DNA of 63,374 bases, the filler included, from Octopus bimaculoides (lineage: Eukaryota), in NCBI RefSeq assembly GCF_001194135.2. It is 10 parts of 9 records of this genome, joined end to end, with 100 filler letters (N's around TTAATTAATTAA, not from the genome) between each part and the next. Parts side by side here need not be neighbours in the genome. Positions count along the whole stretch, not along the records: positions 39,821 to 42,039 come from NC_068989.1; positions 42,140 to 46,942 come from NC_068986.1; positions 47,043 to 55,867 come from NC_068986.1; 7 more parts are not named here. One strand, written 5' to 3'. Below, one piece after another: positions 41,725-54,721 of this stretch. The notes below the pieces were generated by a model. It saw only the letters and a program-made list of their open reading frames with translations, ran no database searches and was not told where the DNA came from. The position numbers were made by a program, and so were the translations under genes. How positions within the stretch are numbered: the stretch's first letter is position 1; each line of letters starts with the position of its first letter.

Positions 41725-41915
41725 CTATCTTTTATTTGTTTCGGTCATTGGACTGCGGCCATGCTGTGGCACTGCCTTGAAGGTCTCTTTTAGTCGAACA
41801 CATCCTCTCTTGTACTTATATTTTTAAAGTCTGTTACTTATTATACCGGTTCCTTTTGCTGAAACGCTAAGTTATGGGGACGTAAATAGGCCAACACTGG
41901 TGAAGCAGTGATGAT
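41725..41915 (-). mobile_element. SINE 3' portion of the ...ccagcatggccgcagtccaatgactgaaac family
   Basis: Other copies at about 48178-48375 (-), 48620-48695 (+), 49665-49825 (-) and 58700-58880 (+). Confidence 0.75.
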
Positions 41916-41948
41916 AGTGGTAGTGAGATAAACACACACACACACACG

Positions 41949-41981
<33 letters not shown>

Positions 41982-43820
41982 ATGTGTGTATAAATATATA
42001 TATACACACTATGCATATATATATATATATATATATATANNNNNNNNNNNNNNNNNNNNNNNNNNNNNNNNNNNNNNNNNNNNTTAATTAATTAANNNNN
42101 NNNNNNNNNNNNNNNNNNNNNNNNNNNNNNNNNNNNNNNTATATATATATAGATATAGATATATATATAGATATAGATATAGAGAGACAGAGAGAGAGGG
42201 AGAGAGAGAGATTGTAGATATACATGTGTATATATACACCGTAGAAGTATTTTCTATTAACAACACTCAGCTCAGCATCACACTACTCGAAGTGCATAGA
42301 GTGGAAAATGAACACTTTCCCTGGAGGACTCCAAGATACACTATTCAATCTTTAATTCTCTGCTTGTCATGCTCCCCATTATATCTCTACTTAGATCGAA
42401 GCTGACCATATACGGGTGTGAGCGTGTGCGTGCGTGTGTGTGTGGATGTGCACGTGTGTGTTTGTCTATGCCTGAATGCATGTGTGATCGCGCGCACTCG
42501 CGCCCGCGTCCGCGCGTGTTTGTTGGTTCAAGATATTGACACTTGCTCTTGCCGATTAATTTTTGAAATACAAAATTCAGCAGCGGGAGCGGGAGTACAC
42601 ACAAGCATGCAATCGCACACCTACACACGCGTGCATACGTGTATACAGACAAACTTACATGTATACACACATATATGTACATACTTACATCTACATGTGT
42701 ATATATATGCATATCAGGGTACAGGACGTTAGAACAATGAAGTACAGACAACGGAACGAACACATAGGAAAACGGAAAGCCACTTGGAATATTCCTTCAT
42801 CAGCTGCCTCTATTCTAACCTGACGTTTCAAAGATAAGACAGTATATATATATATATATATNNNNNNNNNNNNNNNNNNNNNNNNNNNNNNNNNNNNNNN
42901 NNNNNNNNNNNNNNNNNNNNNNNNNNNNNNNNNNNNNNNNNNNNNNNNNNNNNNNNNNNNNNNNNNNNNNNNNNNNNNNNNNNNNNNNNNNNNNNNNNNN
43001 NNNNNNNNNNNNNNNNNNNNNNNNNNNNNNNNNNNNNNNNNNNNNNNNNNNNNNNNNNNNNNNNNNNNNNNNNNNNNNNNNNNNNNNNNNNNNNNNNNNN
43101 NNNNNNNNNNNNNNNNNNNNNNNNNNNNNNNNNNNNNNNNNNNNNNNNNNNNNNNNNNNNNNNNNNNNNNNNNNNNNNNNNNNNNNNNNNNNNNNNNNNN
43201 NNNNNNNNNNNNNNNNNNNNNNNNNNNNNNNNNNNNNNNNNNNNNNNNNNNNNNNNNNNNNNNNNNNNNNNNNNNNNNNNNNNNNNNNNNNNNNNNNNNN
43301 NNNNNNNNNNNNNNNNNNNNNNNNNNNNNNNNNNNNNNNNNNNNNNNNNNNNNNNNNNNNNNNNNNNNNNNNNNNNNNNNNNNNNNNNNNNNNNNNNNNN
43401 NNNNNNNNNNNNNNNNNNNNNNNNNNNNNNNNNNNNNNNNNNNNNNNNNNNNNNNNNNNNNNNNNNNNNNNNNNNNNNNNNNNNNNNNNNNNNNNNNNNN
43501 NNNNNNNNNNNNNNNNNNNNNNNNNNNNNNNNNNNNNNNNNNNNNNNNNNNNNNNNNNNNNNNNNNNNNNNNNNNNNNNNNNNNNNNNNNNNNNNNNNNN
43601 NNNNNNNNNNNNNNNNNNNNNNNNNNNNNNNNNNNNNNNNNNNNNNNNNNNNNNNNNNNNNNNNNNNNNNNNNNNNNNNNNNNNNNNNNNNNNNNNNNNN
43701 NNNNNNNNNNNNNNNNNNNNNNNNNNNNNNNNNNNNNNNNNNNNNNNNNNNNNNNNNNNNNNNNNNNNNNNNNNNNNNNNNNNNNNNNNNNNNNNNNNNN
43801 NNNNNNNNNNNNNNNNNNNN

Positions 43821-43863
<43 letters not shown>

Positions 43864-44800
43864 TACATATATGTGTGTCGGCGGGTGTAAATGTCTGTGC
43901 AAGTGTGATTGTGTATGTATGTAGAGGTGTAACATAACTAAACGAATAGAATATTCGCTTCCCGATTTTGTTGTGATGCGGATTCATTCCTACTGCTTGA
44001 AATTCTGGGCAAGCATCATTTTCCATACTCTCGGAGGTATGCAAACGGAAACTGTACTGTAGCCTGTCCGATCGTTTATTAGTACTTTTTCTTTCATAAA
44101 CCAACCTTTCCACCGTGCGACACATTTGCCTGTCAGTTACATTAGGGGCACACGATTCTTAGTTATTTCTAGAAACTGGGGGTAGATTACATGATCAAAG
44201 AACAGAATTAATATGTAGAAAAACGCCTGTGTAATTTTATATTCGCATTATTCATTGTTAGTCTAGTTTTGTCTGTCGAGCATTCATTAAGCCAATCTGT
44301 CGAGACAAATCCAAGTGTATATACTTCGCTAAAGGGTCTATATATATATATACGTGTGTAGAGAGTGCGAGTTAGAGGCAGACAGACAGAAAGATAGGTA
44401 GATACATACATGCATAAAGCATACATACATACATACATACATATATACATGCATACATACATACATACATACATACATACATACATACGTACATACATAC
44501 ATAGAAATATGCATCTCTATCTCCAAGTTCTTACCGTGCATTCACTAGAATTTCAGTGTACAGGCGTTGAACTGTATGTTTGTGTGCATTGATGTACACA
44601 AAATGTTTCTCAATCAGTCTCTCTTTCACTTTATCTCTCTCTCTACCTGTTTCTCTCTGTCACGTCTCACACTCTCACGTCTCACATTCTCACGTCTCAC
44701 ACTCTCACTATATATCTATCTATCTGTAAGTTTACGATCGTGTGTGTGATTGTATCGGTGTGTCCAAACATCTGCTTATTTGTGCTCTAGCATTGAATTA

Positions 44801-44855
<55 letters not shown>

Positions 44856-44931
44856 GCATAAACAAACACCCGCACACACAGACACACGCTTATACACGAA
44901 CGGACGAGCACGCACGCATATATACATAAAT

Positions 44932-44980
<49 letters not shown>

Positions 44981-45435
44981 CACGCACACACATACACAAA
45001 TACACACAAACACTGCCACAAACGCACACACACACAGACACACACACACACACACACGTACATGTGCGCGCAAGTACGTGTGTGTGTGTGTGTGTGTGTG
45101 CAAATATATTTTTTTACGACGGCCTTCTTTCAGTTTCTGGTCAGTAAAACCACTCAAAAGTCTTTAGTCGGCCCGAGGTTTATTATATGAGAAGACGCTT
45201 GAACTAGATGGATGGAACGCAGTGGAATGGAACCCGAAACAATGTGATTGAGAAGAAATCTTGCAACACATTCACGCCTGCTTCTATAAACAAAAACATA
45301 TATGTGAGTTAGAGTGCGTGCGTGTATTTATACATACGTACACAAACACACACACACACTCACACACACACACACACACGCACATATACATATATATATG
45401 TACATCTATCTATCTCTCACCCCCCCCTCTCTCTC

Positions 45436-45468
<33 letters not shown>

Positions 45469-46775
45469 NNNNNNNNNNNNNNNNNNNNNNNNNNNNNNNN
45501 NNNNNNNNNNNNNNNNNNNNNNNNNNNNNNNNNNNNNNNNNNNNNNNNNNNNNNNNNNNNNNNNNNNNNNNNNNNNNNNNNNNNNNNNNNNNNNNNNNNN
45601 NNNNNNNNNNNNNNNNNNNNNNNNNNNNNNNNNNNNNNNNNNNNNNNNNNNNNNNNNNNNNNNNNNNNNNNNNNNNNNNNNNNNNNNNNNNNNNNNNNNN
45701 NNNNNNNNNNNNNNNNNNNNNNNNNNNNNNNNNNNNNNNNNNNNNNNNNNNNNNNNNNNNNNNNNNNNNNNNNNNNNNNNNNNNNNNNNNNNNNNNNNNN
45801 NNNNNNNNNNNNNNNNNNNNNNNNNNNNNNNNNNNNNNNNNNNNNNNNNNNNNNNNNNNNNNNNNNNNNNNNNNNNNNNNNNNNNNNNNNNNNNNNNNNN
45901 NNNNNNNNNNNNNNNNNNNNNNNNNNNNNNNNNNNNNNNNNNNNNNNNNNNNNNNNNNNNNNNNNNNNNNNNNNNNNNNNNNNNNNNNNNNNNNNNNNNN
46001 NNNNNNNNNNNNNNNNNNNNNNNNNNNNTATATATATATATATATATATAGCAATGTTAATTCTCCAAATGAAGTATTAACAGTAACTGCACGATAAAGT
46101 GTAGTATATTGCCACTTAAGTGTGGCTGACCCCTAGGGGTGGAGTATAGGCACATATGTATAGACCTGTGCTTATATTTACTTCGTGCGTCTTTATTTCC
46201 TATAACTTAGCGCTTCAACAAAAGGAATGTTAAAATAAGCGCTCCGTTCAAAGATGAAAAGATCGATATGAAGGCGGGGCCTGAGTATTGGCACATCCCG
46301 TTGTCTGCAGTAATATCTGTTTCCGTCGCTCAATATAGATATATGAATATGAATAAAAAATATGCATTCACACACGCATGTTCACACGTATACATACATG
46401 TATACGTGCATATTTGTAAGTGTGTATATAAATCTATGTAGATAGATAGAAAGATAGATATACATACATGTCCAATTACCTACACACACACATACACACA
46501 TACAAAGAAAGAGAGATGGGGAGAGAGAGAGAAAGAGAAGGGGTAAGTAGAATAAATGTTAGTATTAGATCTCATTTTATTTGCATACATGAGTGTGTGT
46601 GTGTGTGTGTGTGTGTGTTTTTGTGTGTGTGTGTTTTTGTGTGTGTGAGCATCTGTTTGTCTGTATGTTTCATAAGAAGATAGATCGATGATTAGATATT
46701 TTGATAGCTAGAATGAATCCTAGACAGATAGATAGACAGGTAGGTAGGTAGCTAGGTAGGTAAGTAGGTAGGTAG

Positions 46776-46846
<71 letters not shown>

Positions 46847-46907
46847 CAGATATATATATAGATAGATGGATGGATGGATGGAGAGATGGGTGGATTGGTA
46901 GAAAGCT

Positions 46908-46942
<35 letters not shown>

Positions 46943-47220
46943 NNNNNNNNNNNNNNNNNNNNNNNNNNNNNNNNNNNNNNNNNNNNTTAATTAATTAANN
47001 NNNNNNNNNNNNNNNNNNNNNNNNNNNNNNNNNNNNNNNNNNACACACACACACACACACACACATGACGAGCTTCTTTCAGTTTCCTTCTACCAAACCA
47101 CTCACAAGGCTTTGGTCGGCCAGAGGCTATATTTGAACACATTTGCTCAAGGTACCACGCAGTGGGACTGAACCCGGAACCATGTGGTTGGGAAACAAGC
47201 TTCTTACCACGCAGCTACCT

Positions 47221-47252
<32 letters not shown>

Positions 47253-48699
47253 TGTATGCATGCACGCACGCACGCACGCACGCACGCACACACAGAGTCA
47301 CACACGCACGTATATATATCACGCAGTTTCCGATTTAGTTATCTGAGACATCACACTGAAAATGGCTTGTTATTTTCTTTCGACACTCCCCCGCTTTCAA
47401 CCAAATACTCTGTCATAGTCCCAGGACCACGCCTACTCATTATACCGATTTGGTACACTCATACGCATACATACACAGATACCATGTGCAGAGGCACTTA
47501 CACTTTTACTCCCATATACATTACACAGACTCACACACTAAATACACAGAGTGTATTTTGTGTATGACTTCTCGATGTGTTATGTATATTATTATATACA
47601 TGTTACATTATACTATGTACATATATATACATACTCAGTCGGTTGGTTTAAGATGTCAATAATTTTTACTTGTACCGTACATCCTCACAAAGCGTCTCGT
47701 ATTCATATATCCTCACATAATTATATATTTATATTCCACGCACCATCACCACCACCACCGCCACGAAACAAATAAACAAACAAAATACTGTCTTCTACTC
47801 TACGAGCCTTAACTACATACAAACGATTATCTTGAGAACTTTGGTAATTAAATCCAAAGACTAATTCTTCATTTATTCAGTGCCGCGACATTATATGCTG
47901 GTGGTTCTCAGTTATCGTCATGACACATTGAAGATAAAATAAAGATTATTCTAAAATTAGAAGTAGGGGTAGGCATGGCTGTGTGGTTAAGAAGTTCGTT
48001 TAACAACCACGAAATTTCGGGGTTCAGTTCCACTATTCGGCATTGGACAAGTGTTTCTGCTACAGCCCCTGCAAACTCAATTCCTAATAAGGGAATTTGA
48101 TAGGCGGAAACTGTGTAGAAAGGCGGTGAGCTGGCAGAAACGTTAGCACATTAAAATATATGAAGTCTTTGTTGCATCTTTTTTCTTGTTTCAGTCATTG
48201 AACTGCAGCCATGTTGGGCCACCACATTGAAGGGTTTAGTCGAACAAATCACCCCTCCCTATACCTATTCCTTTCCTTTAAGCTTGGTACTTATTGTATG
48301 GGACTCTTTTCCCGAAACGCTACATTACAGGGATGTAAACAAATTAACAATGGCTGTCAAACCGCGGTGGAGGACAAGCACAAGCGCGAGTGTGCACGCA
48401 CGCATACACACACACACACACGCATACACACACACACACACATACACACGACAGGCTTCTTTCAGTTTCCGTTTACCAAGTCTACTCACAAGGTTTTGGT
48501 CGACCCGGGGCTATAGTAGAAAACACTTGCTCAAGATACTACGCAGTGGAACTGAACCCGGAAGCATGCAACTGAGAAGCAAATTTCTTACCACACAGCC
48601 GTACCAAACTTAGAAAATAAATACTGGAGTCGATTTGGACGACTAAATCATTTAAAGTGCTGCTCCAGCATGGTCGCAGTCCAATGACTGAAATATATC

Positions 48700-49650
48700 A
48701 ATCATATCTGTGTGTCACACAAAAAATATGGATGACATGTTTTTCAAGCCAATCAAGCGGAAGAGTAGAACAAGGCGCAGGTAAACGGTGAGAGTAAGCA
48801 AGCGAAGAGCTGCTGCGTAGCGAAGCCTGGCGGCTGCGCGCCTGCGCTTCCGCTTGTGTGTGCGTCCGTGTGTTATGTGCTTCGCACTGGCCGTCGTGCC
48901 TGTGGCTGAGCTGGTGTCCATGTCTGTTTGCCGTTGTCGTGGCGGCGACTGTACTAGTGCTTAGGCTACTGCTCTTCCCGGACGCGAAATTTGTTTTCCC
49001 ACGAGAGTTCCGGATCCCAGTAATGAACTCATTTGCATACATCCAATCAGAGCTCACCTTGACCTTGTTGTCAAGTTAACAAACATACTCTACTAAGTAA
49101 ACTCAAGATGAAGAACAGTGTTGTCGACCGATCGTCAAGTTATGCCTAATTTTAGAAGGAGATAAGTAATTAGATTGATTTGCATCTGTACCTATTATAG
49201 GATTTTGCTAGGGCTCCATATGTAAAGATGTGGATGGGAAAAATATGGGTAGCAACCCTCTCCCCTTAATGTTGTACAAAGTAAACAACAACACAAGTAA
49301 CTACGTAGAGGCAGCCCTGGTTGAAACAAGAACAAGAACAACAAGCATTCTTAAAAGAGAAAAGAAGCATGGTCATTCCTTACTCTAGTGACATTATCTT
49401 ATTGCCCATCACTTGCTATGCACTCATAAATTAGTTTGATAGTTGAGCTCTGATTGGCTGTATGCAAATGAGTTCATAACTGGGGTCGGGAACTCTTGTG
49501 GGAAAAAAATTAAAAAAATTCGCGTCCCGGACCCCGTCCACTGGGACGTGCTAAAGATTTTCTAAAACCTTAAAAACTATCTTTTTCGAACTCCTGGATA
49601 CCACTTGCGCTCTACCTGTGTTCCACACCGCACAGTTTGAAAACACACAG
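48700..49650. mobile_element. Possible hAT-like non-autonomous element with CpG-rich segment and internal 85-bp inverted repeats
   Basis: The right end ...accgcacagtttgaaaacacacag resembles hAT 3' ends (cacagtttgagaaccactg). Inverted repeat at 48978-49058 / 49443-49530. No TSD found. Confidence 0.4.
48755..49058. promoter_or_regulatory. CpG-rich patch with CCAAT, ETS-like, NRF1-like and octamer motifs
   Basis: CCAATCA at about 48759, GCGGAAG at about 48767, GCGCCTGCGC at about 48837-48846, ATTTGCAT at 49031 and CCAAT at 49043, in an otherwise CpG-poor window. Confidence 0.35.
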
Positions 49651-50675
49651 GTGTAAGCAATAGTCTTTTACTTGTTTTAGTCACCAGACTGCGGCCATGC
49701 TGGGGCACTGCTTTGAAAAGTATAGTCGAACAAATAAACCCCCATGTCTTATTTCTTTCGAGGCCTTGTACTTTTACTGTTGGTCTCTTTTGCCGAACCG
49801 ATAAGTTACAGGGGCATAAACAAACCAGTTTCTTTCAGTTTCCGTCTTTCAAATCAATTCATAAGGCTTTTATCGGCCTGGGGCTTTAATAGAAGACACA
49901 AGGTTCCACGTGTGGGACTGAATCCGGAACCATAGAAATGGCACGGAGTTAAAGCCTCGGCGATGAGAAAAGTTTTGGCTGTGTGGGTTAATGTGGTGGT
50001 GGTGTCTGGTGGTGATGATGACAGTTGCGGAAGTTAGTGGGTTAAGTTGGTAGTTGTAATGGTACCAATATTTGAAAATAAAAGGGTATGGTTGTAGTAG
50101 TAAAAACGGTAGAAGTAATGAGAGGTATAAGAATAGATGTCTTCGTTGTTGTTTTTACCCCTCCCGGCCAGCTTTTATCTAGGATTATGTAACACGATGA
50201 GCCCATTCTTACTTTAAGATGGAAAGATATGAACTGTGGGAGATTTGGCTGTTATTTCTGGCAGTCAATTAAACACGTAAAGGCTCCTTCACTGTTTCGT
50301 GATATGTAGGGGTTGGTAACAGCAGTGTCTTACATGGAAAGGCTAAGGAAAGGGACAGATCAAAGCATTATTGATAACGGCAGTGACATTCATTTAAGGA
50401 ATATACGGGGGAAAGGGACAGACCAAGGTCTCAAGGTATTGGTACTGATATATATATATGCAGGGAAAGAAACGGATCAACTTCTTCATATTTCTATGTC
50501 TCGTTCTAGATTTGTGCTGGAATGACACATATGTAAACTTCCACTTCGCTAACCCCTCTCAGCATCATCATAATCACAGTGTTATTTGTTATTCGTAATT
50601 ATCTTCGATATGTTCCTCTTCCATTTATATCTCCCATATTATTTTCTTTGTTTATATATTTCTTTCTCTGTTGTG

Positions 50676-50728
<53 letters not shown>

Positions 50729-52216
50729 ACGTGTTTATGCATATTTTTGCATGTGTGTATGAGAGTGAGTGTATGCATGTAAGATGCATGTATGCATCTA
50801 TCTATTTATCTGTCTGCCTGCCTGTCTGTCTGTCTGTCTGTCTGTCTATGAACAAAGGAATGCAGGTAAAGCTATTACATCTTTCAATCAGTTGCGGTCG
50901 TTTCTATAATTAGGGAAACTGTTACACCAATCAACATGCTCGGTTATCCCTATAAAAATTGCTTTACGTAATACCAAATAATATTGAATGAAATTTTCCA
51001 CCAACCATCTCATCAGACTTAATATAGTACTAAATTACGTGGCCGAATTTGGGAAAATAAATATAATGAGAAAGAGAAGGTCTTAGATTATCATGGCTAT
51101 AAATTACATACCAAGTTGTCACACTTTCAAAAAAACACCCAGCCAGAGGGACAATGAAAACAAATTGCCATCTTAGTTCCGATTCGTTGGATCTATTGCA
51201 AATCGCTAGTGCGATTAACTGATATATTTAGGGAACGAAAGATTTAATGTATGCATACATATCTATCAGTGGAAAGACAAGCAGACTAAGAGATAAAATA
51301 GAGATGTTAAAAAAAGTAACCGTTTACTGCCATATTGTTTTTTGGAGGTGCCGTTAACAGGAGAAAGGCAAAATGCAAAGGGAAAGTCGAGATATAGATA
51401 AAATTTGAGAGTATGACAAGTAATTAAAATAAATGTAGAGAATAAAGCTATTAGACTGCCACTAGAATTATGGCTCGATATTATCAAATCCATTAGAATT
51501 ACAATTAAATAAGACCAATAGTTAAAAAATAAGCGATTAGTTATACAGGAAAGTAATTTAAGTGGGAAATAATTTAAGACGAAAGGAGTATTTGATGGAG
51601 AATCATCTGTGTTAAAGCTAGAGAAACATAAAGAATAAGAACGTAATCTTTAGCTCTATCAAAATTAGGTGACTTAATGAAACGCAATTTTCAAGAAAGT
51701 TTTATTGAATTGGTGGTAACAATGAGACAATGATTTTGTAAGCTTATTAATTAAACGTAACCTATACCTGAAAATTACAAGGGCTTCCATCAAACATAAA
51801 TTACAGCTATCCAACCCACTCTGTATGGAAGTGCAGTACGTTTATTTGACCGTGAAATTGAGTAATCAGTATCTCTGTCTTTGAGATCCCAGGTTAATTT
51901 TTAGCAAGTGAAGTGCTCAGAACATTTCTTTTAGTTTTAAAGGGATGTAATATGATTAAGTTATCTAAATTTGAATTTAGATGCCACGGCAACAGTGTAA
52001 TAATGGATTTTATGAGGTGTCTGAACAAATGAGATAAATGGTAAATTACTTCTAAGATATTGATCATTTTAAGGGTGTATATTTTGGCACCAACAGTTTC
52101 ACATACTACGATGTATATTATCTGAAGAGTCATTGCAGATTGCATTAGTATTACTGTCACTACTGGGGGACCCAAAAGTACTAATATTATTTACATCAGA
52201 GATATATTATTTCCAG

Positions 52217-52250
52217 AGGACCTAGAATTGTACTTCATGAAAAGTTAAAG
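52217..52250 (+). CDS. Candidate upstream micro-exon, possibly of TK2 ((x)GPRIVLHEKLK)
   Basis: Acceptor tatttccag| and strong donor AAG|gtaagc; 34 nt. Only one frame is open and it ends in phase 0, compatible with the P-loop exon. No homology recognised. Confidence 0.3.
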
Positions 52251-52602
52251 GTAAGCTCCCTATCATTAATAATAGTTAATTTCCTATTGTAAATAGCAAC
52301 AATATTATTAGCTATATTAGGCGTAGTAGAATATGCAGAATCACAGTATGCCTATTAAAAATTTTACTATACTTAGAAGAGGGGGAAATACTTAGCCAAA
52401 GCTTTAATGAAAATTCCAGAAATATCCGAAGCTACATTAATTCCGAAAGGGGGTTAAACTATGTAATGCTTCTCTTACGCGATTTATTTCTACCAGTTTT
52501 ATCTGTCTGCTATGTTGAGGTCTCTTTTCTGAGTTATCTTGAGTTAAAGTGGATGGAGAAAAAATAACTTCATTTTAAAAAATATTTTATTACAATTAAA
52601 GC

Positions 52603-52790
52603 AGCGAGCTGGCAGAATTGTTAGCACGTGGGGCATTTCGTTCGTCTTTACGTTCTGAGTTCAAATTCTGCAGAGGTCAACTTTCGGGGTCGATTAAATA
52701 AGTACCAACTGAGCACTGGGATCAACGTAATCAGCTTATTCCCACCTCACCCAAAATTGCTGGCCTTTTGCCAACATTTGAAATCAATAT
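52603..52790 (+). mobile_element. tRNA-SINE of the gcgagctggcagaatcgttag...ggggtcgataaataagtaccag family
   Basis: Head and central domain are recognisable. Other copies at about 9568-9690 (+), 38955-39065 (+), 39821-39990 (inverted pair) and 59395-59817 (-). Confidence 0.8.
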
Positions 52791-53059
52791 TTTATCATAA
52801 TTATTTAATACAAAAAAATCTACCGGGAACTCTTTTATTAAGTACTGAGTACAAAGAAAAAGTACATTATTGACTAAGAAAAAAAAAAGTGAATCATTTT
52901 AATGAGAACCTTATGCCTGGTGAATACGGCAGATTTCCTTGATTCGAGGAGACAAATTTGTTTGTTTCAGCCGTCAATCACCATGATTTGTAATTTCAAT
53001 TCTGCTTCTCTTGACTCGAAGCAAATCGTCAACCAAATAAGACCAAAAAAAAAAAAAAA

Positions 53060-53140
53060 AAAAAAAATTGTATCCCACGCCCCATCACAATTTTCCCAGG
53101 TTCCATCATTAGGGTATATGCCCCACGTTGGGAATCACTG
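53060..53140 (-). mobile_element. hAT-like element 5' end (same family as 5116)
   Basis: The minus strand reads CAGTGATTCCCAACGTGGGGCAT...CCTGGGAAAATTGTGATGGGGCGTGGG. Confidence 0.55.
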
Positions 53141-53569
53141 TTTTAGCTCATTCATAAGTCCGTCTTCTTACACACCATTTCCTCACAGGGAACCCAGTTC
53201 TTTTGCAATCCCGTCACAAGAGATCAGTTCTTCCTCTCTAGCTGCCATTTTTAGCGAGTAGAGCGACTACGTAGAGGCTCCACGTTGGCTCCTATCCATA
53301 CTAATATTAGCATTACGGTGTCATTTTCTACATCGCCAACTCTTCTCGGCTCTGTTGTACAAATCACTTGTTACACTCTACACTCTTTATTACATAGAAC
53401 ATATGCTGTCATTACTCACAAAATGTATGCATGCTCCTCTGCTCGCTTACATGAATATTTGTAAGTAAGCATTCGTATCTCAGAAGCTGTCAGTAGGACT
53501 GTGAAGAAGTAATTTAAGAGCTGCTGATAGCATGGGAAATTAAACACAAAATGTATGTATTTATTTATT

Positions 53570-53626
<57 letters not shown>

Positions 53627-54721
53627 GTTATTATTAGTATTATTATTATTGATATTATAATAATGTGCGACTTATCGCTCCGTAGATTTTCGTTTTTCAA
53701 CAAGCGTTACTGAAAGGAAAAGCGTTTCTTATTAAATAATTCCTTCAGAGAACTTATTGGGAAAATCTGGATATTTCTTCATACGGGAGGAGAATGAAGA
53801 CCGGTCATTTTCAGACATATTGAACATTATTGTTTGCTTGTTTGCTTGTTTGTTTGTTTGCGCGTGCTGGCCGATGTATTACCTAAATTACCTAAATTGG
53901 TCGAGATAAAGTGTATAGGTCTACATGACGATGAAGTAAGCAAATAAATGTACCAATGGTATGCGTACATGCGCACTTGTGCCTAGTATTTGGGGCGGCG
54001 AAAGATTAGGGTTAGTGTCAAGGATATTAGTAACGAGATTGACCCTTGGGGTATCGGAGCACGTTGTAGATAAGTGATGAATGTCACCAAGAATGACATG
54101 TGATTGGGTGGGATCCTAATGGACATAGAAACCCATAACCCCCTGAAGACAAGTCTATTCCAGAGTCGTTCCTAGTCGAGGATACGGAAGGATGGGTAAT
54201 GAGGCATGAAGCGTAGTTGCTAGACGTGTGGTAGCAAAAATCATTTGAAGGCTTCCTAAGCGTAGAAACAACAAAAACGAAAGAAAAGATGTAGCAGTTG
54301 AGACAACGACAATAAACCGAAGAAAATATTGCTGTTCTCAAAGCACCGTCGGTTGAAACTCTGAAGGTGACTGAAAAGAACAATGTCTTCCCCACTGGTA
54401 GGAGCTCGAATAACCCTTTACTCTGTCCATGCCAACAGTAACAGTGAGATGGAGAGAGAGAAGCGAATGATGAATGGCAACAACAGAACACTTCTCGTTC
54501 TCGGTTCCAGAAACTAACGAGTGGGTGTCCTTCCTCAATCACAAGTATTACGCCATAGTCTTGTGACTATGGGGATAGAACGGAAGTCGGAAAATTACGG
54601 GGGAAGAAGGAGGAAGAGAACTCATTGGAAAAAGAAGGGCGAGTTCAATTTAAAGACGTGTAGCACACAGGAAGACGATGTCAACGATGATAACATGAAA
54701 TTCAAGGTCATTCGAAATCAA

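Noticed and set aside
43960-44135. Minus-strand exon-like frame KCVARWKGWFMKEK...
   Set aside because: The region is a decayed + strand SINE (gggcaag...cggaaactg), so the open frame is incidental.
46193-46320. GPI-anchor-like hydrophobic tail frame on the minus strand
   Set aside because: Overlaps a decayed SINE segment (gctaagtta...); splice support is weak.
53235-53290. AAAATGGCAGC YY1/start-codon-like site on the minus strand
   Set aside because: Matches the gctagaaatagcagc segment of a repeat also seen at about 5610 and 50250.
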